64,000 nt of DNA from Patescibacteria group bacterium (GTDB taxonomy: Bacteria; Patescibacteriota; Microgenomatia; UBA8517), in NCBI GenBank assembly GCA_026416845.1, contig JAOAEL010000004.1, forward strand, positions 11,271-75,270, in the 5' to 3' direction. Positions 1-9,548 of this stretch are shown piece after piece. The position numbers were made by a program, and so were the translations under genes. The first letter of the stretch is position 1, and every line of letters starts with the position of its first letter. The notes below the pieces were generated by a model. That model was given only the letters and a program-made list of their open reading frames with translations. It did not search any database and was not told where the DNA came from.

Positions 1-71
1 AAAAGTAAGTATAATTTGGTATTATTTTTTGTTTTGAAGTTAAGTTTTTTTAACTAACATTAGAAAATTTT

Positions 72-185
72 ATGAAAGTTCAATCGTCTGTCAAACCAAG
101 ATGCAAGGATTGCAAGTTAGTTCGTCGAAAAGGTGTTTTGTATGTGATTTGCAAAAATTCTAGACATAAGCAAAAACAAGGTTAA
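72..185 (+). CDS. rpmJ: 50S ribosomal protein L36
   Basis: Hand-translated short ORF not in the ORF track (37 aa): [37 protein letters not shown]. Classic L36 C-x2-C...C-x4-H zinc ribbon, immediately upstream of rpsM as in the canonical operon. Confidence 0.9.
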   Translation: MKVQSSVKPRCKDCKLVRRKGVLYVICKNSRHKQKQG

Positions 186-220
186 AATTTTAAATGAATT
201 TTATTAATATTAATTAATTT

Positions 221-628
221 ATGGCTAGGTTGGCAGGAGTAGAATTGCAAGATAATTGGAAAATAGGTTATGCTCTAACCAGAATTAAGGGCATAGGTTG
301 GTATTTGTCAAAAAAGATTATTTCTGAATTAAAAATTAATCCTTTGTTAAAAGTAAGTGCTTTAAACGCAGATGATTTGGCAAAAATTTCTTCTGCCTTA
401 GAGAAATATCCTATTGAAGGAGAACTAGTTAGAAAAGTAAAAGCTGATATAAACAGATTGCAGGTTATAGGTTCTTATAGAGGTTCAAGACATAGCAAAT
501 TATTACCTGTAAGAGGACAAAGAACAAGAAGAAACGCTAGAACTAAAAGAGGCAAGAGAAAAACGGTTGGTGCGTTTAAGAAAGAAATGTTGGCAAAAAT
601 GGCAGCAAATAAAGATGCAAAAAAATAA
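221..628 (+). CDS. rpsM: 30S ribosomal protein S13
   Basis: N-terminus MARLAGVELQ... and basic C-terminal tail typical of S13; operon position rpmJ-rpsM-rpsK-rpsD. Confidence 0.95.
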   Translation: MARLAGVELQDNWKIGYALTRIKGIGWYLSKKIISELKINPLLKVSALNADDLAKISSALEKYPIEGELVRKVKADINRLQVIGSYRGSRHSKLLPVRGQRTRRNARTKRGKRKTVGAFKKEMLAKMAANKDAKK

Positions 629-637
629 GATAATTGT

Positions 638-1024
638 GTGTCTATGAGTAAAATTAAAAAAAATATTAATCGACAATTAAAAAAAGGTAAAGTTTATGTT
701 ACATCGTCTTTTAATAACACTATAGTTAGTATAACTGATATGGATGGCAATGTTTTAGCTTGGAGTTCCTGTGGAAATGCTGGTTTTAAAGGAACTAGAA
801 AATCTACTCCTTTTGCTGCGACTACGGCTGTAGACAAAGTTCTTAAGAAGGCTAAGGAAGAAAATGGGCTATCAGAAGTAAGTGTTTATTTGAAAGGGCC
901 GGGCGCTGGTCGTGATGCTGCCTTAAGATCTATAAGGGCGGCAGGCATTTCGATTTCTATGATTGCCGATGTCACACCTGTGCCGCATAATGGACCAAGA
1001 CCAAAGAAAAAGAAAAGAGGATAA
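638..1024 (+). CDS. rpsK: 30S ribosomal protein S11
   Basis: Conserved S11 core GFKGTRKSTPFAA...; position after rpsM. Confidence 0.95.
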   Translation: MSMSKIKKNINRQLKKGKVYVTSSFNNTIVSITDMDGNVLAWSSCGNAGFKGTRKSTPFAATTAVDKVLKKAKEENGLSEVSVYLKGPGAGRDAALRSIRAAGISISMIADVTPVPHNGPRPKKKKRG

Positions 1025-1032
1025 AATTTATT

Positions 1033-1641
1033 ATGGCAAGGTATATAGGACCTAAAGATAAGCTTTCAAGAAGAGAAGGTTTTGATTTGTTCAGTGTTGG
1101 CTCGAAGCTAAATCGGCTAAATGTTCCTCCCGGCATGCATGGACGTAAAGGTTTTCAGATTAGTTCACAATACGGTAAACAATTAAGAGAAAAACAAAAA
1201 GTTAAAAGGATTTATGGGGTATTGGAAAAACAATTTAGAAGGTATGTAGCTGAGGCTTTAAAACAGAAAGGCAATACTGGAGAAGCTCTTTTATCATTTT
1301 TAGAAAGACGTTTAGATAATGTAGTTTATAGGCTTGGTTTTGTCCCCTCTAGGCCAGCTGCAAGGCAGCTTGTATCTCATAGACATGTTTTGGTAAATGG
1401 TAAAAAAGTGAATATTCCTTCTTATAGAGTTTCAGAAGGCGAGACTATTACTTTAACCAAAAAAGGCCTTGAAATACCTGTTGTAAAGCAAATTTTGAAT
1501 TCTAGTGATTTTGTAAAAATTAAGTGTCCGTCATGGGTTGTTAGAGAGGGTGTATTTGGGAAAATAGTTTCAAATCCTAAACGTGAAGACATTCCAGAAT
1601 TTATAAGAGAACAAGATATTGTCGAGTTTTATTCAAGGTAA
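1033..1641 (+). CDS. rpsD: 30S ribosomal protein S4
   Basis: MARYIGPK.KLSRREG N-terminus and S4 RNA-binding domain (RQLVSHRHVLVNGKKVNIPSY). Confidence 0.95.
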   Translation: MARYIGPKDKLSRREGFDLFSVGSKLNRLNVPPGMHGRKGFQISSQYGKQLREKQKVKRIYGVLEKQFRRYVAEALKQKGNTGEALLSFLERRLDNVVYRLGFVPSRPAARQLVSHRHVLVNGKKVNIPSYRVSEGETITLTKKGLEIPVVKQILNSSDFVKIKCPSWVVREGVFGKIVSNPKREDIPEFIREQDIVEFYSR

Positions 1642-1756
1642 GTTTTTGTCGAAGTTTTTTTGTTTTTTTTTGAATATTTATTTAATAATTTGGCCAGTTG
1701 ATTTTTTGTTAATTTGTTATTTAATAACAATTGTTATTATAAGGAGGTGAAAGTTT

Positions 1757-2683
1757 ATGGAACAACCTTTTTTTGATATTAAGGAAGAGGATTCAAAAAT
1801 TGATTATGCACGGTTGATTATTAGTCCTCTTCCTAATGGGTTTGGTCATACTTTGGGGAACTCTTTGCGCCGTGTTCTTTTAACTAGTTTGCAAGGAGCT
1901 GCAATTGTTAGTGTAAGAATAGCAGGGGTAAAACATCAGTTTTCTACTTTGAAAGGTATGAGTGAAGATATAGTAGATTTTGTTTTAAATCTTAAAAAGG
2001 TTAGAGTTGCTTATACTGGTGAAAAGCTAGCTACTGGTACTATTGAAATTGTGGCTGATAAATATATGGAAGTTAAGGCATCTGATATTAAAGTTGATTC
2101 AAGTGTGAAAATTGTAAATCCAGATTTTGTGATTGCAAGATTAAATGAAGGTGCGAAATTAGAGGCAAAAATTGAAATTTCTACAGGTTATGGATATTCG
2201 GATGCTTCAGATCGTGCAACTGGAGAAATCGGTTTGATTCCTCTTGATGCTAGTTTTTCTCCTGTGGTGAGAGTTAATTATAGGGTTGAAGAGACTCGCG
2301 TAGGAAGAATTACCAATTATGATAGACTTGTTATGGAGATTTGGACCAATGGGACTATTTCTCCACGTGAAGCTCTGATTAGTGCTGCTAATCAGTTAAT
2401 GTCTTTTTTTAGACAAATAGTAAGTCCAGAATTGCAAACAAAAGATCATGCAATTCAACCAGAAAAAGAAAATTTTGGGCCAACAGCAAAATTATCTGTT
2501 GAAGAAATTGGTCTTCCTACAAGAGTTGCTAATGCTCTTATAAAAAATGGTTATGAGACGGTTGAAGATTTGATAAAAGCAAAGAGATCTGATTTGGCAA
2601 AGGTAAGAAATCTTGGTGAAAAATCAGTTAAGATTATTGAAGCGGCTCTTGCTGAAAGAAACCTTGGGATTTTAGACAAATAG
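1757..2683 (+). CDS. rpoA: DNA-directed RNA polymerase subunit alpha
   Basis: N-terminal alpha dimerisation domain (LGNSLRRVLL..) and C-terminal alpha-CTD (HhH-like, LPTRVANALIKNGYETVEDL); canonical position after rpsD. Confidence 0.93.
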   Translation: MEQPFFDIKEEDSKIDYARLIISPLPNGFGHTLGNSLRRVLLTSLQGAAIVSVRIAGVKHQFSTLKGMSEDIVDFVLNLKKVRVAYTGEKLATGTIEIVADKYMEVKASDIKVDSSVKIVNPDFVIARLNEGAKLEAKIEISTGYGYSDASDRATGEIGLIPLDASFSPVVRVNYRVEETRVGRITNYDRLVMEIWTNGTISPREALISAANQLMSFFRQIVSPELQTKDHAIQPEKENFGPTAKLSVEEIGLPTRVANALIKNGYETVEDLIKAKRSDLAKVRNLGEKSVKIIEAALAERNLGILDK

Positions 2684-2736
2684 TTTAATTCGTCGCAAGG
2701 TTAGGTTTTATAGTTTTTGCCTGCCCGTTTTGTTTT

Positions 2737-2768
2737 CTTGTTGTTTTACAACAAGATTATTTTTATTG
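2737..2768 (+). terminator. Rho-independent terminator downstream of rpoA
   Basis: Perfect 7-bp hairpin CTTGTTG-TTTTA-CAACAAG (2737-2755) followed by a T-rich tract. Confidence 0.6.
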
Positions 2769-2831
2769 GCTTATTATACTTAGCTTACGTACTAGCAAGT
2801 AAGTAAAAAATATAATAATTAAATAGTTTAT

Positions 2832-3326
2832 TTGAATATGAAAAAGAAAGTTTTTGGCAGAAAGCTTTCTCGAGATTATGGTTCACGCAAGGCTTTGTTT
2901 AGAGCTTTGACACGTTCTTTTGTGTTGAATGGTTCTATCATTACAACCAAAGCAAAAGCAAAAGCCATTAGCGCAAGCGTGGAGAAGTTGGTAACGGCAA
3001 TCAAAAAAGGTTCTTTGGCGCATATAAGACGTGTAAGCGCAAAGCTTGCCAATGATCGCAAGGTGTTAACTAAACTGATCAAAGAAGTTGCTCCTGCTTT
3101 CTCTAGTATAAAAGGTGGATATACTAAATTGATTTCTTTACCGACAAGACGTGGGGATAATGCCGAGATGGCTAAGATTGTTTGGACCAAAGAGATTGGC
3201 AATTTGGCATTGACTATTGCAAATCAAGGCAAACGAAAAGTTTCAAAAAACAACACTGGTCAGGATGGTACTCAAAAAAATCAGAGATTGACTAAAGGAA
3301 CAAAAAAGCAAGAAGGTAAAAAATAA
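2832..3326 (+). CDS. rplQ: 50S ribosomal protein L17 (with Lys-rich C-terminal extension)
   Basis: L17 signature region GRKLSRDYGSRKALFRALTRSFVLNGSIITTKAKAK; follows rpoA as in most bacteria. C-terminal about 40 aa are a K/Q/T-rich low-complexity tail. Confidence 0.9.
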   Translation: MNMKKKVFGRKLSRDYGSRKALFRALTRSFVLNGSIITTKAKAKAISASVEKLVTAIKKGSLAHIRRVSAKLANDRKVLTKLIKEVAPAFSSIKGGYTKLISLPTRRGDNAEMAKIVWTKEIGNLALTIANQGKRKVSKNNTGQDGTQKNQRLTKGTKKQEGKK

Positions 3327-3335
3327 ATTTTAGAT

Positions 3336-3776
3336 ATGAAAACATATCAACCTAAGCAAAAAGAGATAAACAGAAAGTGGCATTTAGTTGACGCGAAAGA
3401 TGCTGTGCTTGGCAGGTTGGCAACTGATATTGCCAAAAAATTAATGGGCAAACATAAGGTTAATTATGCTCCACACATAGATAATGGCGATTATGTTGTA
3501 GTTATAAATGCTAGTTTGGTAAAGGTAACAGGCGACAAAGAGAACCAAAAGGTGTATCATAAGCACTCAGGCTATCCAGGGGGGTATCGCGAGATTGCAT
3601 TTTCTAAGTGGAAAAAGGAATCTCCGGAAAAGATTATTCGGCATGCAGTTTTGGGAATGTTGCCAGAAAACAAGTTAAAGAAAAAGCGAATTGCAAGGCT
3701 AAAGGTTTTTGCAAACGATAAGCACAAGTATGAATCTCAATTTAGAAGTCAAGGGGCGAGTGCCAATTCTATTTGA
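3336..3776 (+). CDS. rplM: 50S ribosomal protein L13
   Basis: MKTY.PK..EI.RKWHLVDA..AVLGRLAT N-terminus is diagnostic of L13. Confidence 0.95.
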   Translation: MKTYQPKQKEINRKWHLVDAKDAVLGRLATDIAKKLMGKHKVNYAPHIDNGDYVVVINASLVKVTGDKENQKVYHKHSGYPGGYREIAFSKWKKESPEKIIRHAVLGMLPENKLKKKRIARLKVFANDKHKYESQFRSQGASANSI

Positions 3777-3801
3777 AAGTTAGAATTTTTTTTGATGAGT
3801 T

Positions 3802-4218
3802 ATGTCAAAAAAAGAAACAAAAACAAACAAAAACTACATTTTTGCAGTTGGTAGGCGCAAAGAATCTGTAGCGCGTGTAAGATTGTTTCACGGCAAAGGC
3901 GAAAATACTGTAAATGGCATGCCGTTTGCCAAATATTTTCCTGGTTCTGTAAACGAATATTTATTTTCATTGCCATTTAAGATTGTTGATGTTTGGGATA
4001 AATATTATGTTACTGTAAAAGTTTCCGGTGGGGGCAAAAAAGGACAAATTGGGGCTGTGGCTCATGGTATTGCAAGGGCTTTGCTTAAATCAAAAGAAGA
4101 ATTTAAAAAGGCTCTGCGTGACGCAGGCCTTTTGACTCGCGACGCAAGAGTGAAAGAACGTAGAAAAGTTGGCACTGGTGGTAAAGCAAGAAGAAAGAAA
4201 CAAAGTCCGAAGAGGTAA
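3802..4218 (+). CDS. rpsI: 30S ribosomal protein S9
   Basis: S9 core GGGKKGQIGAVAHGIARAL and C-terminal RDARVKERRKVGTGGKARRKKQ..KR; rplM-rpsI pair. Confidence 0.95.
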   Translation: MSKKETKTNKNYIFAVGRRKESVARVRLFHGKGENTVNGMPFAKYFPGSVNEYLFSLPFKIVDVWDKYYVTVKVSGGGKKGQIGAVAHGIARALLKSKEEFKKALRDAGLLTRDARVKERRKVGTGGKARRKKQSPKR

Positions 4219-4226
4219 TTTTTTAA

Positions 4227-4817
4227 ATGAAAGGTTTGTATCTTGGTCGTTTCCAGCCATTTCATATAGGACATCTTCGAGTTGCCAATAATCTTTTAAG
4301 CCTTTTCCCTAACATCAAAATCAAAATAGGTGTTGCTGATTGGAGAGGAAAGCCTAATCGAAACCTTTTTTTAACTGGAGATGAATCTAAGAGAATAGCA
4401 GAGGCTGCTCTGGCAGATTTAGAAATGGATATGCAAGTTGTTACTGTGCCAATCATTCCTGGTGATTCTCTGGAAAAAACAATTGCTGATTTTGTAAAAA
4501 AAGAAAACATCGAAGCTGTTTTTTCTGGTTCTAGTAACACTTTGGAAGCGTGTAATAATTTGATTGGGCAGGGACTACATTTGATACTTTGTCGTATTAT
4601 TGATAATGAAGGGGAAAGTATCCGAGGTACTAATTTAAGAGAAATGATATTGCAAGGTTCTCAAGAATGGAGGAAATACATGACTAGCAGTTCTGCAGAG
4701 ATTTTAGATTCATATAATCCTAGACAAAGATTATCTGATTTATCGGATGGGCAGAAAAGACCTTGGATTAGTGATGTTGAGGCGCCAGGCAATCATTTTG
4801 GCAGTGAAAGAAAGTGA
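4227..4817 (+). CDS. Nicotinamide-nucleotide adenylyltransferase, archaeal NadM-type cytidylyltransferase fold
   Basis: N-terminal GRFQPFHIGH is the (H/T)xGH nucleotidyltransferase motif in the exact context seen in archaeal NMNATs (GRFQPxHxGH); size about 190 aa. Confidence 0.75.
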   Translation: MKGLYLGRFQPFHIGHLRVANNLLSLFPNIKIKIGVADWRGKPNRNLFLTGDESKRIAEAALADLEMDMQVVTVPIIPGDSLEKTIADFVKKENIEAVFSGSSNTLEACNNLIGQGLHLILCRIIDNEGESIRGTNLREMILQGSQEWRKYMTSSSAEILDSYNPRQRLSDLSDGQKRPWISDVEAPGNHFGSERK

Positions 4818-5340
4818 AAAAATATAAGAGAATTGCAACTGTTCGGACATCTCTTATTTTTTTGTTTTTGATCATTTCTAATATTTCCTGTAGTGTAAAT
4901 GCTGACTTTTTTAAAATTTCAATTTCTTCCTCAAAATATTTTTGATTTATTTTTAGATTTTTCCCTATAAATCCATATGTTGTCCCTACTAAATAAGCGG
5001 GTAGTATTTTGAATGGTCCTAAAGGTATTAATTCTTTGGGTTCAAAACCAATTTCCTCTATCAATTCTCTTTTTGCAGTTTGTTTTAACAATTCTTCTCT
5101 TTCTACTTTCCCTCCTGGTAGGACATATTCATAAGTGTTAGATGCAGTACAGAATTTTTTAATTAAAATTATTTTATTGTCACTTGTGATAGGAATTATC
5201 ATTACACTTTTTGTTACTCCGTTTAAAGAAACAGTTTCCCAAGTTTGCTTTTTTTTGTTAATTTTTACATCAACTTCCCATAGCGTAAAAAGCTTGCTTT
5301 GGAATTTTTGTTTTTTGGATATTATTTTTTTGCTTATCAT
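4768..5340 (-). CDS. Nudix hydrolase
   Basis: Canonical Nudix box GGKVEREELLKQTAKRELIEEIGF (Gx5Ex7REUxEExGU). The C-terminal about 35 aa look like read-through of terminator/overlap sequence (YFFTFFHCQNDCLAPQHH). Confidence 0.8.
   Translation of the reverse strand: MISKKIISKKQKFQSKLFTLWEVDVKINKKKQTWETVSLNGVTKSVMIIPITSDNKIILIKKFCTASNTYEYVLPGGKVEREELLKQTAKRELIEEIGFEPKELIPLGPFKILPAYLVGTTYGFIGKNLKINQKYFEEEIEILKKSAFTLQEILEMIKNKKIRDVRTVAILLYFFTFFHCQNDCLAPQHH
4824..4870 (+). terminator. Hairpin plus T-tract (terminator-like) 3' of NMNAT, lying inside the C-terminal coding tail of the convergent Nudix ORF
   Basis: ATAAGAGA...(18-nt loop)...TCTCTTAT (4824-4857) followed by TTTTTTTGTTTTTG; A-run upstream makes it potentially bidirectional. 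Confidence 0.4.
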
Positions 5341-6368
5341 TGTTTTATCAATTTGATTTTTCTCAATTCTTGGACATTTTTTGCGCCAACTCCAAACATT
5401 GCAACTTTCAATTCATACGCAAGTCTTTCAATTAATTTTTCTACCTCTTCTTGTGATACCAATGCCGCTTTTGCAAAAGGTTGCGCGATTCCTACCAGAT
5501 CGCTTCCTAATGCTATTGCTTTTGCGATTTGAATGCCGTTTCTAATGCCCCCACTGCCTAAAATTGTGATTTTATCTGTAAATTCTTTGCGCAATTTATT
5601 GGCTATTGTGATTGAATCTGTCGTTGGTATTCCCCATTCACCAAAGAGTTTTCCCAGATTTTCAAAACCTTCCCTGCGCATTCCTTCTATCACTGCCCAG
5701 TTTGTTCCTCCCCATCTTGCGGTGTCAAAGATTCTAACCCCTACCTTATAAAGTCTTTTTATTACATTTTTCGAGAGGCCAAAACCCACTTCTTTGGCTA
5801 TTACAGGTGTTGATAGCTTTGGTATTAATTTTTTGAGTTTTGGTAGTAGGTCTTTGAAATTTCTATCGCCTTCAGGTTGAATTACTTCTTGGATTAGGTT
5901 TATATGAACTGCAAGCGCGTCCGCGTTAATCATATTTATGATTTCTTGGAATTCTTTTTCAGAAAAACCGTAGTTTAGTTGTACAAGTCCCACATTTGCT
6001 ATAAGTGGTATATCAGGTGCGTCATCTCTTACCATGAACAGATCTTTTAGTTTGGGGTTTTCAATTGCTATTCTTTGACTGCCTACTCCCATTGCAATAC
6101 CATATTTTTGAGCGGCGTGAGCTAAGTTGCGGTTTATCCGTTTACCTTCAGCCATGCCTCCTGTCATGCATGAAACAAAAAAAAGATAATTCACTTTTTT
6201 GCCCAAGAATGTCGTAGAAAGGTCAATTTCATCAAAATTAATTTCAGGGAGAGCATTATGAATAAATTGGTATTTATCAAATCCAGCCGAACCTATTTGC
6301 GAACTTTCATTTAGAGCGATTTTCAAATGATCTTTCTTTCTTTGTTTTATATTTTTTGTGTTATTCAT
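5337..6368 (-). CDS. fni: Isopentenyl-diphosphate delta-isomerase, type 2 (FMN-dependent)
   Basis: N-terminal RKKDHLKIAL, TIM-barrel FMN-binding region ILGSGGIRNGIQIAKAIALGSDLVGIAQPF; length about 340 aa typical of IDI-2. Confidence 0.8.
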   Translation of the reverse strand: MNNTKNIKQRKKDHLKIALNESSQIGSAGFDKYQFIHNALPEINFDEIDLSTTFLGKKVNYLFFVSCMTGGMAEGKRINRNLAHAAQKYGIAMGVGSQRIAIENPKLKDLFMVRDDAPDIPLIANVGLVQLNYGFSEKEFQEIINMINADALAVHINLIQEVIQPEGDRNFKDLLPKLKKLIPKLSTPVIAKEVGFGLSKNVIKRLYKVGVRIFDTARWGGTNWAVIEGMRREGFENLGKLFGEWGIPTTDSITIANKLRKEFTDKITILGSGGIRNGIQIAKAIALGSDLVGIAQPFAKAALVSQEEVEKLIERLAYELKVAMFGVGAKNVQELRKIKLIKQ

Positions 6369-6421
6369 TGTTTTTTGTCGTTTTTTCTAAAAATTTATGT
6401 TGCTGTTGCATTAACTTTTGA

Positions 6422-8329
6422 TCACTCTATAACTTGCAAGTCCCAGAATTTACGATACAAACCGTTTTTTATTTTTAACAATTCTTCGTGCTTTCCTTCT
6501 TCTACAATTCGTCCATCGTCAAGCATATAGATATAGTCAGCCTTTCTGGCATTTGTGATTCTATGAGTTATGAACAAGATGCCTGATTTTTCTTTAAGTT
6601 TTCTTAATTGATTAAATATTTTTGCTTCATGTTCAACATCCAGCTGATTTGTTCCCTCGTCAAATATTATAAATGGTCTTTGTTGTAAAAAAATTCGTGC
6701 TAAAACTATTAGTTGTTGCTCTCCGCCGGAAAGAGAATAGTTTTCTCCAATAATCGTATCGAGTTTATCGGGGAGTTTGCGAATTGTGTCCGCAATTCCC
6801 ACTGTTTCAAGCGCTTGCCATTGCTTTTTATCAGATATGTTTTTTTCATTTGATCCAACTGTAAGATTTTCGCGAATTGAGTGCCGCCACAAGAAAAATG
6901 GTTCTTGTTGAATGATTGAGAAAAGACTTAGAAGTGTTTCAATTGAAATATCTCGTATATTTATGTCATCAATACAAATTTCTCCTGAATCTGCTTCTAG
7001 TCCGTGCAATAAAAGATGGGTTATTGTGGTTTTCCCTGATCCATTTCTTCCAAGCAAAGCCACTATTTTCCCTTTTTCAATTTTTAAAGACACGCTTGAT
7101 AATACTTGTCTTTTTTCTTCTCTCTTTTTTAAAGCTTCTTCCCAGTCTTTTATTTCCCATTTATAGTTGCCAATTGAGAATTTATTTAAAACATCTTTTG
7201 TCTTTTGAATCATTTTTGCAATGTATAATCGTTCTTCTTCCCCTAAATCGGGATAAGTGAAACTAACTTTTTTTAATTCTATTTTATTTACTTGAAGCAG
7301 GGTTCTTTTTGGGTTTTTGTTAACTATAATCCGAGAATTAAGCATGAGCACAAAATTAATTCTGTCAAATTGCATGTCTATATCGTGCCAATCGCGCAAA
7401 CTTTGCATTATATTTAAAAAGATACTTGCGATTTGCATAGCATAAGCTGTTATTAGAGTGTATGTGCCGATGCTGATTGTTCCTTGCAAGACTTGAATTC
7501 CAATTATTATGCTTACAATTACTGTTAAAGCATTTTTGGTCAATAAAATATAGGATTGAAACATGAATCTGGAAATTGCCTGGTTTTGATCTAACTCATA
7601 AGCTTGCTTGTTTTTTTCTTTATATTGATCTAAATATTTTTTTGTTACTCCAAGAATTTTTAACTGAGGAAAGTCATATCTAAGCAAAGACTCTATTTTC
7701 CATTTTTCGTCTCTAGTTATTTCTTGTTTGATCGCAAAAAGAACTTCGTGTTTATTGGCAACATTTGCTATTAGAGCTTGTGCAGACCCAAAAATCAGAC
7801 AAAATATAAGTATTTTGTAATCAATTAAACCAATAATTGGGATAATTGTTGCGATACTTGCGATGTCGTATACGCGATCGGTGAAAAAATAAACGCAGTC
7901 GCGTCCAAAATTTGTTGCCGACAGTGTTACGTTTGTTACAATCCTGTCGTTTTTTTTGTTGGCGAAAAATCCCCAATCCAACTCGTTTAACTTATTCCAT
8001 ATGTTTTCGCTTATGTAGTTGGCAAATTTATAAGATGCTTTATGCCATAGTTTCTCGTTTGTTTTTTCAAACACAAAACGTCTTATTGTTTCAAGAAAAA
8101 ATGGGATTATAAGAAGAACAAAAAGTATTGTCGGGCTTTTATTTGATGATTCAAAAAAGTCAGTTGTGTTTTGTAGGTAATCTAATTGAAGTTTAACAAG
8201 GTAAGGAATAGCCGCGCCAATTACTGAAATTGCTGTTTGGATAAGGAATATGGAAATGATTAAAAATCTGAATTTTAAGAATATTTTTTTAATTAGGTCG
8301 TATTTGTTTTTAATTTGGAACTTATCCAT
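6422..8329 (-). CDS. ABC transporter, fused permease/ATP-binding exporter
   Basis: N-terminal 6-TM domain; Walker A GRNGSGKTT, ABC signature LSGGEQQ, Walker B IIFDEGTNQLD. Confidence 0.85.
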   Translation of the reverse strand: MDKFQIKNKYDLIKKIFLKFRFLIISIFLIQTAISVIGAAIPYLVKLQLDYLQNTTDFFESSNKSPTILFVLLIIPFFLETIRRFVFEKTNEKLWHKASYKFANYISENIWNKLNELDWGFFANKKNDRIVTNVTLSATNFGRDCVYFFTDRVYDIASIATIIPIIGLIDYKILIFCLIFGSAQALIANVANKHEVLFAIKQEITRDEKWKIESLLRYDFPQLKILGVTKKYLDQYKEKNKQAYELDQNQAISRFMFQSYILLTKNALTVIVSIIIGIQVLQGTISIGTYTLITAYAMQIASIFLNIMQSLRDWHDIDMQFDRINFVLMLNSRIIVNKNPKRTLLQVNKIELKKVSFTYPDLGEEERLYIAKMIQKTKDVLNKFSIGNYKWEIKDWEEALKKREEKRQVLSSVSLKIEKGKIVALLGRNGSGKTTITHLLLHGLEADSGEICIDDINIRDISIETLLSLFSIIQQEPFFLWRHSIRENLTVGSNEKNISDKKQWQALETVGIADTIRKLPDKLDTIIGENYSLSGGEQQLIVLARIFLQQRPFIIFDEGTNQLDVEHEAKIFNQLRKLKEKSGILFITHRITNARKADYIYMLDDGRIVEEGKHEELLKIKNGLYRKFWDLQVIE

Positions 8330-8335
8330 TTTTTA

Positions 8336-9478
8336 TCACATTTCCCTCTCTATCATATACTGTGCTATGCCATCTAGATAATTGATGCCTTCTTCTTCCC
8401 ACCTTTTATTGCGCATTGATGAAATTGCTTCTTGAGCTTTTTTGGCCCATTTAATGGATAATCTTTTGCAGTATTCCAAAGATCCTGTGTTAATTACAAT
8501 GTTCCTTGCTTCTTGTGCTTCAGTATCACTTAAGTTTCTTTTTCCCCACAAAAGTGAAAGTTTTTGTTTTTGGTGTGTGTTGGATAATTCCAAAGCCTTT
8601 GTGATCAAAAGTGTCATTTTCCCCTGTCTAAGGTCTGAATGGGCAGGTTTGCCTGTTTTCTCAGGATTTCCAAAAAGTCCCAAAATATCATCTTGCAATT
8701 GAAAGGCAATTCCGCCGGGGATTGCATAGTCGGATAATATTTTCAGATCTTGTTCTTTTGCTCCTGCCAAGATTGCTCCGATATGCAAAGGGTTTTCATA
8801 TGTATAAACCGCAGTTTTGGCTTTGTACATGTCTAAAATTTCTTTTTCTGACGCTTGTGCTTTATTTTCCAAAGTAATGTCGTAAGCTTGTCCAAAGGCT
8901 GTGTTTGCTATTCCTCTGAAAAGCTTGTTGAGAGCTTTTAATTTTTTTTCTGAAGAAAATTGGCTTTTGCCAAGTATTTCATATCCCAGACAAAGTGCGA
9001 TATCGCCTGCATTTATTGCCATGCTATTTCCGTAGTGAGCAGGGTCTCCTTTGTAATTGTTTCCCTTATGATATTCTTCGTAGAATTTATGGGTTGTTGC
9101 TCGCCCTCTCCTTATCTCGTCTTGATCCATGAAGTCATCGTGTATTAAAAGAGCGGTTTGTATTAGTTCTATGGACATGGCGGCGTTTATGATTGCCTTA
9201 TCGTTTTTGCCATGGAGCATTTTGTAAGCGTAGTAAATAAAGGAACTTCTAAGTCTTTTGGCAGGACGCAAATTATGTTCTTTTATGTGTTTGAAAATGT
9301 GTTTTCTAATGTTTATTTGTTGTTTGCTGGCTTTTTGTTGAGAAGTATTGTTTAATTCTTTGTCAAAATATTCTTGCAGATGCTTATTTATTTTGTTCAC
9401 AAAGTTCTCTAAATTATTTTTTGCATCAGTTGCTTTCTTGCTTTTTGTGATAGTTACAATTTGTCCTATTGTGCTCAT
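8336..9478 (-). CDS. trans-Polyprenyl diphosphate synthase (IspA/GGPPS family)
   Basis: First Asp-rich motif LIHDDFMDQDEIRRGRAT and second Asp-rich motif FQLQDDILG. Confidence 0.85.
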   Translation of the reverse strand: MSTIGQIVTITKSKKATDAKNNLENFVNKINKHLQEYFDKELNNTSQQKASKQQINIRKHIFKHIKEHNLRPAKRLRSSFIYYAYKMLHGKNDKAIINAAMSIELIQTALLIHDDFMDQDEIRRGRATTHKFYEEYHKGNNYKGDPAHYGNSMAINAGDIALCLGYEILGKSQFSSEKKLKALNKLFRGIANTAFGQAYDITLENKAQASEKEILDMYKAKTAVYTYENPLHIGAILAGAKEQDLKILSDYAIPGGIAFQLQDDILGLFGNPEKTGKPAHSDLRQGKMTLLITKALELSNTHQKQKLSLLWGKRNLSDTEAQEARNIVINTGSLEYCKRLSIKWAKKAQEAISSMRNKRWEEEGINYLDGIAQYMIEREM

Positions 9479-9548
9479 TTTTGTTTGTTTGACGTGGCAA
9501 GCTATGATTATACATTATTTGTATTAACTACTATGATATAATTTTTTT

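Noticed and set aside
2876-3202. 108-aa antisense ORF inside rplQ
   Set aside because: Lies entirely within a highly conserved ribosomal protein gene on the opposite strand; composition is a mirror artefact.
4062-4540. Two minus-strand ORFs (70 and 92 aa) overlapping rpsI and the NMNAT gene
   Set aside because: Antisense to confidently identified genes; no motifs.
5135-5751. Small plus-strand ORFs (73, 77, 72 aa) overlapping Nudix and IDI-2 genes
   Set aside because: Antisense shadows in AT-rich DNA; real genes occupy the other strand.
6912-7260. 84- and 114-aa plus-strand ORFs inside the ABC transporter gene
   Set aside because: Antisense to the ABC NBD region with clear Walker motifs on the minus strand.
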